From the IMG/VR virus record IMGVR_UViG_3300018475_000095: a DNA stretch of 64,000 nucleotides; one strand, 5' to 3'. This DNA comes from a virus. Lineage: Duplodnaviria > Heunggongvirae > Uroviricota > Caudoviricetes. Under the pieces are notes generated by a model that ran no database searches, was not told the DNA's origin, and worked only from the letters and a program-made list of their open reading frames with translations. The position numbers and the translations under genes are program-made. Shown here in pieces: positions 31,130-40,119 of the stretch (position 1 is the stretch's first letter; each line of letters begins with the position of its first letter).

Positions 31130-32299
31130 TTAATTATTTATTTCAATTATATATCTAATAGTACATTGATTACTATTATATACAATATATTCATCGTTTC
31201 TTAAATCAGCACCACCTCTAGCAAATACTGAATTACATTTTTGTGATTTAACTTGATCTTCAGTAATCCTGCCCATCCAAGATTTATAACTTTCATTATC
31301 TAAAATTCGCCATTCTTGACCTGTAGCAAATTCAAATATAGTTAGATAAGCTTTATTACTTGAGCCAGATGCCCAATAACTACCTCTTAATGATGTATAA
31401 CCAATGCTTTTTCTTGCTTTATTAGCTGCATATATACCATTACCAAACATCGAACCTGTTAAGACAACACCCTTAGGTCTAATTTTTAACCCTGTTTGCA
31501 TAATGCTTAGATAATTCTCATTTCTACTTCCATGATATAAAAGTCTTGTTTTAAGATTATCTGGATTAAATACTTTCTCAGTTTCATGATTTGTAACTCT
31601 AAATATTTTTTGATTATTAACTCTAAAATCAGTATTGGCAGCTATAAATTCTCTTTCTTCTTGCGTTGCTAATCTACAATCAAACCCAAGTGTTTCTAAT
31701 GTTATATCTTCAATTTTATTAGATTGGGTATTCAAATTAACTTGTGATTTAAGTGTGTTGAGTTTATTTTGTTCTTCTTGTAATAATTCTATAAATTCTT
31801 GTTTAGTGTAATTAGGTTTTAAGAAAAAAGCTCTTGTATCATACATTTTTCTTGGTATAGTTGTATACACCTTTTGAAGATAGTTATTTATAATATTATA
31901 AGGTAATTTTGTTAAATCCAAGTCATTCAACTCGTCTAATATTTCTTGGACTTTATTTATTTGAATATCTGAAATTGAGTCCAGTGATACTTCATAATTT
32001 GATTTGATAGACTGTTTTGCACAACTCATAAGAAATGAAATTAAATCTTTAACATCTTTATCATCTATCTTTAAAGAAGCTTTTTTAATGTCTTGAGATA
32101 AAGATTCACTTATATCAACATACCCTTTCTTTATTTTTTCATTGTATTTTTTATCCCATTGAGACATAGAGTAAGAAGTTTTTACACTTGTAGCTCCAAC
32201 TCTTCCATATTCAACTTCGAAAGTACCGTCACCGAGATCTGTCATATTGTAAAACTTATTATTATTGTTAGGTGTAACACATATTAACTTTTTATTCAT
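31130..32299 (-). CDS. PARP-like ADP-ribosyltransferase (N-terminal WGR domain plus PARP catalytic domain)
   Basis: LLYHGSRNEN...GSMFGNGIYAANKARKS matches the PARP H-G-S/Y-[FY]/E signature region. N-terminal FEVEYGRVG resembles the WGR motif. Confidence 0.8.
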   Translation of the reverse strand: MNKKLICVTPNNNNKFYNMTDLGDGTFEVEYGRVGATSVKTSYSMSQWDKKYNEKIKKGYVDISESLSQDIKKASLKIDDKDVKDLISFLMSCAKQSIKSNYEVSLDSISDIQINKVQEILDELNDLDLTKLPYNIINNYLQKVYTTIPRKMYDTRAFFLKPNYTKQEFIELLQEEQNKLNTLKSQVNLNTQSNKIEDITLETLGFDCRLATQEEREFIAANTDFRVNNQKIFRVTNHETEKVFNPDNLKTRLLYHGSRNENYLSIMQTGLKIRPKGVVLTGSMFGNGIYAANKARKSIGYTSLRGSYWASGSSNKAYLTIFEFATGQEWRILDNESYKSWMGRITEDQVKSQKCNSVFARGGADLRNDEYIVYNSNQCTIRYIIEINN

Positions 32300-32454
32300 T
32301 ATACAATCTCCCTGTAATATAAAATATTATTTTCAAATGTGATATTTGCTAAACCTTTGTTTATCTTATCTTTATATAAAATATACAGAAAAGTAGAACA
32401 TATATTAAGTTCTAATTCATTATTTATATTATAAGATTCTTTTACTACTACCAT
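32299..32454 (-). CDS. small ORF (51 aa) translationally coupled to the PARP-like gene
   Basis: AAAGGAG plus 5 nt then ATG at 32454..32452; its TAA overlaps the PARP ATG (TAATG). Confidence 0.4.
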   Translation of the reverse strand: MVVVKESYNINNELELNICSTFLYILYKDKINKGLANITFENNILYYREIV

Positions 32455-32539
32455 AGCTACTCCTTTTAATTATAAATATTATATAAGATTATGATTAAAA
32501 AGTAAACTAATTTTAACAGAAAAATAAAAAAGTTGATAA

Positions 32540-33412
32540 TTAATTATCAACTTCTAAACTTATATATTTTAATATTGGTTTAAAATCATCTAGTGAATGA
32601 GTTTTAAGAATAAGTTTGATTGGTATATTTCTGCCATAAGTTAAATGCTTAAAACATTCTAATACTGATGCAAATGTTATCATAGCTGATTGATTTATAT
32701 CAACATCCTCTTCATCTTCTATTTCAATACATTTTATAAATTCATTATTATAATTATCTATCTCTTCCATAAATTCATTATAAACATCATCATTTACAAA
32801 TCTATTAATGTAATATAGACTAAATGTTTTAATATCATCAATCCAAAAATGCTTACCACTAGATATATAATCTATATTATCTAAATCAATAATACCTTTT
32901 TTAAATAATTTTTTAAACTCTTGGTATTCATCACCATCTACAATAACAGTGTACCTAGGGTCAAGGATAAATTCTCTCAAAGATATATTATTCTTTTCAA
33001 TATAATCAAATACATCTTCGCCTGTGTCATTTATACCAGCATATCCATAAGATTTTTCTGGTTTCTTTTTCCAAGGGTATTCTTCTTCACAATATAATTT
33101 TATTTTCTCCCTAGAACATCCTGTAAGCTCATAAACAAGATCTTCAACTTCTTTTAACCTTTCTTTTTCTTTTTTGAAACCTACATAATGTGCTACATAA
33201 TATCTTAGTTTATCTTTTGGACTAGATAAAACTTCAAAAGGTGTTCTTCCAAAAGAATGAGTATCACAACATCCAAATAGTTCAAAATCATTGCCATAAT
33301 AGTGCAATGATTTATCACTAACTGAGTAAGGTTTAACTTTCTTAGATATAACTAAACTATGCATTGAACTGCTATTTGTTTCAAAGGTTGAATTTCTAAT
33401 AAGTTGTTTCAT
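32540..33412 (-). CDS. FETNSSS-family paralog 3
   Basis: N-terminal MKQLIRNSTFETNSSSMHSLVI. Confidence 0.6.
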   Translation of the reverse strand: MKQLIRNSTFETNSSSMHSLVISKKVKPYSVSDKSLHYYGNDFELFGCCDTHSFGRTPFEVLSSPKDKLRYYVAHYVGFKKEKERLKEVEDLVYELTGCSREKIKLYCEEEYPWKKKPEKSYGYAGINDTGEDVFDYIEKNNISLREFILDPRYTVIVDGDEYQEFKKLFKKGIIDLDNIDYISSGKHFWIDDIKTFSLYYINRFVNDDVYNEFMEEIDNYNNEFIKCIEIEDEEDVDINQSAMITFASVLECFKHLTYGRNIPIKLILKTHSLDDFKPILKYISLEVDN

Positions 33413-33414
33413 AT

Positions 33415-33624
33415 TTAATAATCTCCTAAATTATCTAGTAATAAACGTTCTGCTCGTTTCATTAATCCAAGAATTGCATATACTTCATCCATACTATCTA
33501 TACTTTCAATTTTGTTTATAGCTTCATATAGTAGATCTGTTATTTTATTATGGTTATCCAAAGTTAAACTATGAGTAGAACTTGAGTTTGTTTCAAAAGT
33601 CTTATTTCTAATAAACTGTTTCAT
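33415..33624 (-). CDS. FETNSSS-family paralog 4 (short, 69 aa)
   Basis: N-terminal MKQFIRNKTFETNSSSTHSLTL; lies in tandem with paralog 3. Confidence 0.5.
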   Translation of the reverse strand: MKQFIRNKTFETNSSSTHSLTLDNHNKITDLLYEAINKIESIDSMDEVYAILGLMKRAERLLLDNLGDY

Positions 33625-33625
33625 A

Positions 33626-34264
33626 TTATAATATATCCTTTAAATCTTCATATTTTATTTTAACAATAATTCTATTCCCGCATCTATCTTTCAATTCAAA
33701 TTTAGGTCTTGCAACAAGTCCTTCAATCAAGTGCCCATTCTTTGCTATAGCACTTCTTCTTTCTGTTTTAACATAGTTGATCCCTCTACTTAATGGACCT
33801 TCAAATAAAATAGGTACAATATCTAATTTAAAGTAATTCGCTATATCTTCTACAGATTCTCTTGGTTGATAATTATCTCCTATTTGAACATCAAATAAAA
33901 TAAAATCTACATCATTTCTATAAGCTCCACCTGATTGAATTTTAGGTCCATATCCTTCACCATATAAGGTTACTTCCATTTCACCAAATTTTTGTTCAAA
34001 TAGTTCTTCATTAGCATTACCACCGAATAATTCATTTAGTCTATTTACTAAAAATGCAGGCATTGATGCATTATCTGTTCTTCCACCAAACGTTACTTTA
34101 TGACCATCCCAATGAACTCTAACATTAGTACCATCCACTTTTTCAGTAAATTGCCAAGTTAAATCTTTTAAAAATTCTATAGTTGGGTTTCTATATTTAT
34201 CTATAGTCTTTTTAGTTTCTTCATCTCTTGCATAAATTGCTTCAATTTTATTATATTTTCTCAT
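33626..34264 (-). CDS. minimal nucleotidyltransferase-type ligase (Rnl2-like)
   Basis: EKVDGTNVRV (KxDG), EGLVARP (motif IV-like) and KIKYEDL (motif V-like). Confidence 0.6.
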   Translation of the reverse strand: MRKYNKIEAIYARDEETKKTIDKYRNPTIEFLKDLTWQFTEKVDGTNVRVHWDGHKVTFGGRTDNASMPAFLVNRLNELFGGNANEELFEQKFGEMEVTLYGEGYGPKIQSGGAYRNDVDFILFDVQIGDNYQPRESVEDIANYFKLDIVPILFEGPLSRGINYVKTERRSAIAKNGHLIEGLVARPKFELKDRCGNRIIVKIKYEDLKDIL

Positions 34265-34808
34265 TGTTTTTATACCATCCTTCTAAGAATAAATCATACA
34301 TTTTACGCATTTCAGTTTCCAGGTGCTCTTCATAAGTAGATAATGAAAATAAAATATCTGTTTTTAAGAAATCCTGACTAGTATCTGGTTTTTGAGCACC
34401 TTGTCTATAAACTAAGATTTTCCCTGGAGCTAATCCCTCTTCTTCTAAGCTATCGATATCAACTGAACCATCTTCTATTAGAGCAGTTGGGAAAGCATAT
34501 CTATTTATAATTGTTAAAGCATTATTTTTAACTTTATTATAAGCTACTTGTAGGTTATATACTAGAGATACAAATCCATATCTGCCATATAAATCTTTAT
34601 CCTTTACCCCTTTATTTTTAAGTAAATTTATATAAGGTAATATTATATTATATACCTCTCTTTCTTGCCAATAATAATCTCTAGGCATCTCTTCTATTTC
34701 ACCAATATGATTCAAACTTAAATATTGTTCACCGTAAGCAAACCTTTTATAGAATTCCTTACAAACTTTTTCATGTTTTTTATTCAAATAAATGCTATTA
34801 TAGATCAT
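34251..34808 (-). CDS. hypothetical protein
   Basis: 185-aa ORF whose end overlaps the ligase start. Confidence 0.5.
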   Translation of the reverse strand: MIYNSIYLNKKHEKVCKEFYKRFAYGEQYLSLNHIGEIEEMPRDYYWQEREVYNIILPYINLLKNKGVKDKDLYGRYGFVSLVYNLQVAYNKVKNNALTIINRYAFPTALIEDGSVDIDSLEEEGLAPGKILVYRQGAQKPDTSQDFLKTDILFSLSTYEEHLETEMRKMYDLFLEGWYKNNEKI

Positions 34809-34821
34809 TTGTTCTCTCCTT

Positions 34822-35232
34822 TTATTTTAAAGCATCCATAGCTTCATTTGCTAATTTATCTGCCCTGTTATTAAATTCATTATCTGAGTGTCCTTTTACT
34901 TTTATGAATCTAATATCTTTAAATTTATTTATATATGTATACAGTTCTTCCCATAAATCTAAATTAGCTTTTTTATTCCAATTTAAATTAATTGTACTAA
35001 CTACATATTGGCTATCTGAATATACTTCAATAGGAATATCATATACTTTTAATGCTTTTAACCCTTCTATCACAGATAAAATTTCCATTTTATTATTAGT
35101 TGTATTTCGAAAAGCATTTTTTAGTTCTTTATATTGATCTTGGTACTGAAGCACTATCCCATAACCACCTATGTTTTCTGCAAATTGATTTCCTCTACAA
35201 GCACCATCAGCATATATCTTAATTTTCTCCAT
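34822..35232 (-). CDS. rnhA: ribonuclease HI
   Basis: YADGACRGN, MEILSVIEGL, SDSQYV and KGHSDNEFNNRADKLA match RNase H catalytic blocks. Confidence 0.85.
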   Translation of the reverse strand: MEKIKIYADGACRGNQFAENIGGYGIVLQYQDQYKELKNAFRNTTNNKMEILSVIEGLKALKVYDIPIEVYSDSQYVVSTINLNWNKKANLDLWEELYTYINKFKDIRFIKVKGHSDNEFNNRADKLANEAMDALK

Positions 35233-36490
35233 TTAAGTATCTCCTTGTAATTTCAGATAAAGTTTCTATTGTGTTTAGTTGGGAATTCTCCATAACTTTG
35301 CCTAATAAGAAATTAAGAACCTTACCTATCTTCTCACCACTTATATCAAATGTAGATTGAAGAAAGTGCCCATCTATTGCCAAGTCTTGTAATCTATATG
35401 GTTGACTTGTAATTTCTGACAAATCTATTCCTTCTATTTTTGTGTAAATACCCAAATACTTGCATACGTATGCATGTTCAAATTTATTGAATAGTTGCTT
35501 GATTGTTAGGACAATATCTTGTTGCTGAACATCTTCCATAAACTTTGACATCTTATAATAGCTAATAACCTCTTTGATTTGTTGGTTACTATATTTATAT
35601 AACCTCATCCAAATTTCTGCATCTATCATTGACTTATACTTATTCAATATTGAATACAACTTTAACATAGGTGGGTTGTCATTATCTATATCTATGATGA
35701 CCTGGTTACTACCCCATTTACTTACTTTGTTTTGAGGTATCTCAAATATCTCTGCTAGTGTTTCTATTGTTGAATTTAAAGTTTCAGAATTACCTTTTGA
35801 ATATTCTAATATCTTCTTAACTTCTTCAGTAATTCTTTCTTTTGATACATTCTTTAAGAGACTACCAGTACCCGCTATAACATTGCTTGTTGCATTCTCT
35901 AACTCAAAATTATACTTACAAGCAAATCTAATGCCCCTTAAAATTCTCAAAGCATCTTCTTTTATTCTAACCTGTGGGTCTCCTACTGCTTTAACTATTT
36001 TATTTTTAATATCTTCAACACCATTATGTGGGTCTACTATACCTACTAATGGGTTATAAGCAATAGCATTCATAGTAAAATCTCTTCTATCTAAATCATC
36101 TATAATAGATTCACCAAAAGTTACATTATTTGGTCTTCTACCATCAGTGTAATCGCTATCATATCTAAATGTGGTTATTTCATAAATACCTGCAAGATGT
36201 TCATATTTATTTAATTTATATTTTTCTATAACTTCAATAGTCATAGTGCCATATTTTTCTCCTGTTGGAATAACTTTAAAATAAATATCCATATCACTCT
36301 TGTGAAAACTATTATCTTCAAATAGTTTCTTTGTTTCAGCAGGTAAAGCACTTGTTGCTATATCCCAATCTTTTGGTTCAATACCTAATATAGAATCTCT
36401 AATAGCGCCACCAACTGCATATGCTGCATAACCATTTTCATTTAACATGTTTATTAGTAATTCAACATATTTTGGTAATTTTATCTCCAT
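35219..36490 (-). CDS. cca: tRNA nucleotidyltransferase (CCA-adding enzyme / poly(A) polymerase family)
   Basis: YAVGGAIRD...DWDIAT is the class II head-domain motif. Confidence 0.8.
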   Translation of the reverse strand: MEIKLPKYVELLINMLNENGYAAYAVGGAIRDSILGIEPKDWDIATSALPAETKKLFEDNSFHKSDMDIYFKVIPTGEKYGTMTIEVIEKYKLNKYEHLAGIYEITTFRYDSDYTDGRRPNNVTFGESIIDDLDRRDFTMNAIAYNPLVGIVDPHNGVEDIKNKIVKAVGDPQVRIKEDALRILRGIRFACKYNFELENATSNVIAGTGSLLKNVSKERITEEVKKILEYSKGNSETLNSTIETLAEIFEIPQNKVSKWGSNQVIIDIDNDNPPMLKLYSILNKYKSMIDAEIWMRLYKYSNQQIKEVISYYKMSKFMEDVQQQDIVLTIKQLFNKFEHAYVCKYLGIYTKIEGIDLSEITSQPYRLQDLAIDGHFLQSTFDISGEKIGKVLNFLLGKVMENSQLNTIETLSEITRRYLNGEN

Positions 36491-36491
36491 A

Positions 36492-36923
36492 TTAATCGTC
36501 CTCTCTTACAATTAATCTAACAATTTCACAATTAAATAATTGGTCAATATCGATATGATGTTGAGCATCTTCTTCTGTTTTAAATTTTAATACAGTAGGA
36601 TCTGCAATATTAGTGTAATTTGTACCTAAACCATACTCATTTATAAATTCACCTGTATCTCTATTTTTAATAACATACATATACATGTCTGTAAACCAGA
36701 ATTTAATTCTATTTGGAATTACAATTAATACATTGCATTTATCACAACATCTATCTCCAGAAGTAGTAATTAATGGTCTTATGTCATTTCCATAATTATC
36801 ATATTCAACATTGCAAAAACAGCATCTTCCTTTCTTTTTCATATTACTCTCCTTTTCTATATCCTGCATTCCATAATGCAATAGCAATTCTAAGTGAATC
36901 ATTATCTTCTGGATCATATTCAT
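36492..36923 (-). CDS. Cys-rich hypothetical protein
   Basis: CCFCN and CCDKCN. Confidence 0.5.
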   Translation of the reverse strand: MNMIQKIMIHLELLLHYGMQDIEKESNMKKKGRCCFCNVEYDNYGNDIRPLITTSGDRCCDKCNVLIVIPNRIKFWFTDMYMYVIKNRDTGEFINEYGLGTNYTNIADPTVLKFKTEEDAQHHIDIDQLFNCEIVRLIVREDD

Positions 36924-37404
36924 TTTCTTCTACAAGATTTGCAATTTCAAGTATCTCTTCTTCGCATGCCATAAAGTAATCTTTATCGATAATAACTAAC
37001 TTATCTTTATATCTTTTATCATAGGTTGGAAACCACATCTCCCTACGCTCTTGCAAGTTTTTTCTTAAATCTTCTTTCTTTGGCCAATATTCACTGTAAG
37101 GTATATAAGTTTCTACCCGCTTTTGAAATTCAATTTCAAATTGTTCTTTTGATACATCTTTACCATTTATTTTATAGATAAACTTATTTTTAGATTCAAA
37201 ATAAATTATATTATATTTTTTATCATAATAAAATGATTTTTCATCATATTTAAAATATAATTTATCATCAAATTCTGTTATAAAAGTAAAATAAGGTATA
37301 TGATAGCCTTCTGTTAATTTAACATCTTTATTATCTTTTACTCGATAGATATTACCCTCTATCAATTTTAAATATATATTTTCATCTTTATATTCATAAT
37401 TCAT
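36844..37404 (-). CDS. hypothetical protein
   Basis: 186-aa ORF. Confidence 0.5.
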   Translation of the reverse strand: MNYEYKDENIYLKLIEGNIYRVKDNKDVKLTEGYHIPYFTFITEFDDKLYFKYDEKSFYYDKKYNIIYFESKNKFIYKINGKDVSKEQFEIEFQKRVETYIPYSEYWPKKEDLRKNLQERREMWFPTYDKRYKDKLVIIDKDYFMACEEEILEIANLVEENEYDPEDNDSLRIAIALWNAGYRKGE

Positions 37405-37407
37405 ATA

Positions 37408-37602
37408 TTATTCTCCTTTATCTGGTGTTCTATCATCAAAATCAAGTTTGGTTAATAAATCAATCAATTTATTTAAATGTTCTTCATTTAATTTATCAAA
37501 GTTAAGAGTTTCTACTTTCTCACTAATGAAATTCCAAAACTCTACCTCTACCCCATATTCACCAAAACCTGTTTGGTATACTTTATAATTATCATGAAAC
37601 AT
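37408..37602 (-). CDS. hypothetical protein
   Basis: 64-aa ORF. Confidence 0.4.
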   Translation of the reverse strand: MFHDNYKVYQTGFGEYGVEVEFWNFISEKVETLNFDKLNEEHLNKLIDLLTKLDFDDRTPDKGE

Positions 37603-37673
37603 ATTTATTTTCCTCCTTTAATTATAAATATTATATATTATTGAAAAAGAAAAGTAAACTATTTTTCATTAGT

Positions 37674-37865
37674 TTACTCAAAATCTTTTATTTCATATTC
37701 ATCTTTAGATAATATTATTACATTAGGATCTAAACTCATCTCACCTTTTTGTAATTTATTTGCACATTCTTTACAACAAATTCTACCATCTGGAGTTGCA
37801 AATATCTGATGTTTACAATCTCCTCCACAGAAATAGCACTCTTGCCCATAAAACTTCTGCTCCAT
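37674..37865 (-). CDS. small zinc-ribbon protein
   Basis: CYFCGGDC...CCKEC. Confidence 0.45.
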   Translation of the reverse strand: MEQKFYGQECYFCGGDCKHQIFATPDGRICCKECANKLQKGEMSLDPNVIILSKDEYEIKDFE

Positions 37866-38410
37866 TATTTTTCGGTACCTCTATTTTGAAATTTTTTATT
37901 ATAACCACATGGATTAAATTCTGTGCACACGCCTCCTCTATATGCACAAAGTGGAACAAGTAAATCTTTGAACTCTGGATTGACCTCAATTACTTGTCTG
38001 CAGATTTCTTTTACTACATCTCTTGTTTCAGGTGAGGCTTGGTTACATAATCTTTTATGAGCCAAGAATAATAGTTCTTGTGCATTGATGGACATAATAT
38101 GAGATACAATCGCACCTTGTGGTTTTTCTGCTCTTGGTGTTGCATCATTTGTTCTATCATCTCTTTGTGTTTGCACATAATGATTAACCCCAATATGATG
38201 TCTTACAAGATGAACTGATACATAATAAGGTATCTCCATTTTAATACCAAACCATAATTCTCTTATAGGTGAATGTTCTGCCATAAGTAATTTTACTTTC
38301 CAAGCATCCGTTGCATCTTTTGTAGATGTTTTACCTACCGTGTTGAGCGTACATTTTCGAACATATCTCCAATCTTCTTTGGTTGGATGTTTTAAAATTT
38401 CTACTTTCAT
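37865..38410 (-). CDS. divergent ThyX-like (flavin-dependent thymidylate synthase-like) protein
   Basis: EHSPIRELWFGIKMEIPYYVSVHLVRHHIGVNHYVQTQR parallels the ThyX RHR...S...R block, but reads RHH and is only 181 aa. Confidence 0.5.
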   Translation of the reverse strand: MKVEILKHPTKEDWRYVRKCTLNTVGKTSTKDATDAWKVKLLMAEHSPIRELWFGIKMEIPYYVSVHLVRHHIGVNHYVQTQRDDRTNDATPRAEKPQGAIVSHIMSINAQELLFLAHKRLCNQASPETRDVVKEICRQVIEVNPEFKDLLVPLCAYRGGVCTEFNPCGYNKKFQNRGTEK

Positions 38411-39498
38411 TATAGTATGATCTCCTCCAATGGTTCTTTGTATTTTAATACAGTATCAGTTATAACTTTACTGTTTACATCGGTGACAAATTTATTCAAT
38501 TCATCATAATTAGGTGTTTTTTGCAATGTAGAATGTCTCTCTGCTAATTGTAATCTTTTATTTAATCCATTTAAAGTATTTGTAAATTCTGCTGTTAAAT
38601 GACCATCTTTTATAAACTTACCATTTCTGATATCCAATAGAAAATCCCTATCATCTTCTCTATAAGAATTTAATACACCTTTCTCTAGTATCTCACAACA
38701 AGTTATGATTAGTCTAAATAAGTGCATGCAATGTTTATTCAATTTTTCCATAGTTGGTTTAGTATTTCTTTGATTTATTTTATTATAACTTTTTTCTATA
38801 GTTAATATATCATTTAAAGAACTTCTTACTAGGTCTATTGGTGCTTGTTTTATATTACAGTCAATATAAAGTTTATCTAAATCTGCAGTAACATTTATAC
38901 AGCCGTCTGCAAATAATTTGTTTGATTCAGATAGTTTCATCATAGCAACATCCATTGTTTGCTTTATATGTTTTACTTTTTCTTCTTCAGTATATTCAGT
39001 ACTTGCTAAAGCATTTTCAATTTTTCTTAATTGCGCTACTGCGTAACCATTAAATGTTTGATAACATTTTTTACTTAATAATAAAGGTAAACTATCAAGT
39101 AAGTCATGCCCAATTTCATTAAATATAAGATAATGTTTGAAACCTAACATTTCAATCACATTTGGGTTATTTGCCATAGCAAGTTTGATAAATTGATTAA
39201 ACTCATAAATAGTTGTGTCTGTGCTCGAATCTTCTCTTTGTTTAAAAGTTTTTAACCCAATCAATTCATCTTTAGTGGGTAGCATAACTCCTCTTATATC
39301 AATATCACTACCTTCTACATTAGTACCATATCCATGAGAACCTGATATAACTAAGAAGCATAATCTATCTTTATATTCTTCTAGCCATCTATACTCAGGT
39401 TTACTTATTATTTCTTTTATATTCAACATACATTTATCCTTTCTAATTTTATCAGCAACTAATTTGGCTAGAGTTCTTACTTCATCTATATTAGACAT
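38410..39498 (-). CDS. pol-beta superfamily minimal nucleotidyltransferase
   Basis: GSHGYGTNVEGSDIDI is the GS...DxD NTase motif. Confidence 0.65.
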   Translation of the reverse strand: MSNIDEVRTLAKLVADKIRKDKCMLNIKEIISKPEYRWLEEYKDRLCFLVISGSHGYGTNVEGSDIDIRGVMLPTKDELIGLKTFKQREDSSTDTTIYEFNQFIKLAMANNPNVIEMLGFKHYLIFNEIGHDLLDSLPLLLSKKCYQTFNGYAVAQLRKIENALASTEYTEEEKVKHIKQTMDVAMMKLSESNKLFADGCINVTADLDKLYIDCNIKQAPIDLVRSSLNDILTIEKSYNKINQRNTKPTMEKLNKHCMHLFRLIITCCEILEKGVLNSYREDDRDFLLDIRNGKFIKDGHLTAEFTNTLNGLNKRLQLAERHSTLQKTPNYDELNKFVTDVNSKVITDTVLKYKEPLEEIIL

Positions 39499-39500
39499 TA

Positions 39501-39929
39501 CTAATCCCCCATCTCTGAAAATGGAACTAAATCAATATTGCTAACTTTTTTACCATATTCAAGTTCAAGTTCTGCCATTATTGAATTTTCAGTAACAATT
39601 TCATCTTTTTCAATATGTCTAGCAAAAACATTACCAGAGCCATCCTTATAGCTAACATACATTACATACTGACCAAATTCTATTGGTCTATTTCTTTCTC
39701 GCTCTATCCACTCAAGTCTTTCTTTTTCTTTTCTTTCTGCTATTAAAGCCTCTTCTTTTTGTTTTAAAATTTTAAACTCTTCTTCGGTAGTTATTGTAAC
39801 AGTTTCACCATTCTCTAAATTTAATTTACAGTAATAAGGATTGCCCCAAGCATAATGAGCATCAATCACATTTACTCCATTTATAGAATCTAATAATGTC
39901 ATAAAATACCTCCTAAATTTATTATACAA
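39501..39929 (-). CDS. hypothetical protein
   Basis: 142-aa ORF. Confidence 0.5.
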   Translation of the reverse strand: MYNKFRRYFMTLLDSINGVNVIDAHYAWGNPYYCKLNLENGETVTITTEEEFKILKQKEEALIAERKEKERLEWIERERNRPIEFGQYVMYVSYKDGSGNVFARHIEKDEIVTENSIMAELELEYGKKVSNIDLVPFSEMGD

Positions 39930-39990
39930 TATTATTATATAATAAAAAGAATGAAAAGTAAACTAAATTTCATTCTTTTTGTATAAATTA

Positions 39991-40119
39991 TTAATTATCT
40001 TTATGATCTTTTATAACATCAGCTAATATGTCAAGTCCACACAAACAAGTAGCTAATATACTAAACCAAAGTGGGCAAGAAGTTACCCATACTGATACTA
40101 TGAATAATGCACTAAGCAT
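39991..40119 (-). CDS. small membrane peptide (42 aa)
   Basis: GGAGG plus 5 nt then ATG, overlapping the end of the SPFH gene; hydrophobic. Confidence 0.35.
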   Translation of the reverse strand: MLSALFIVSVWVTSCPLWFSILATCLCGLDILADVIKDHKDN

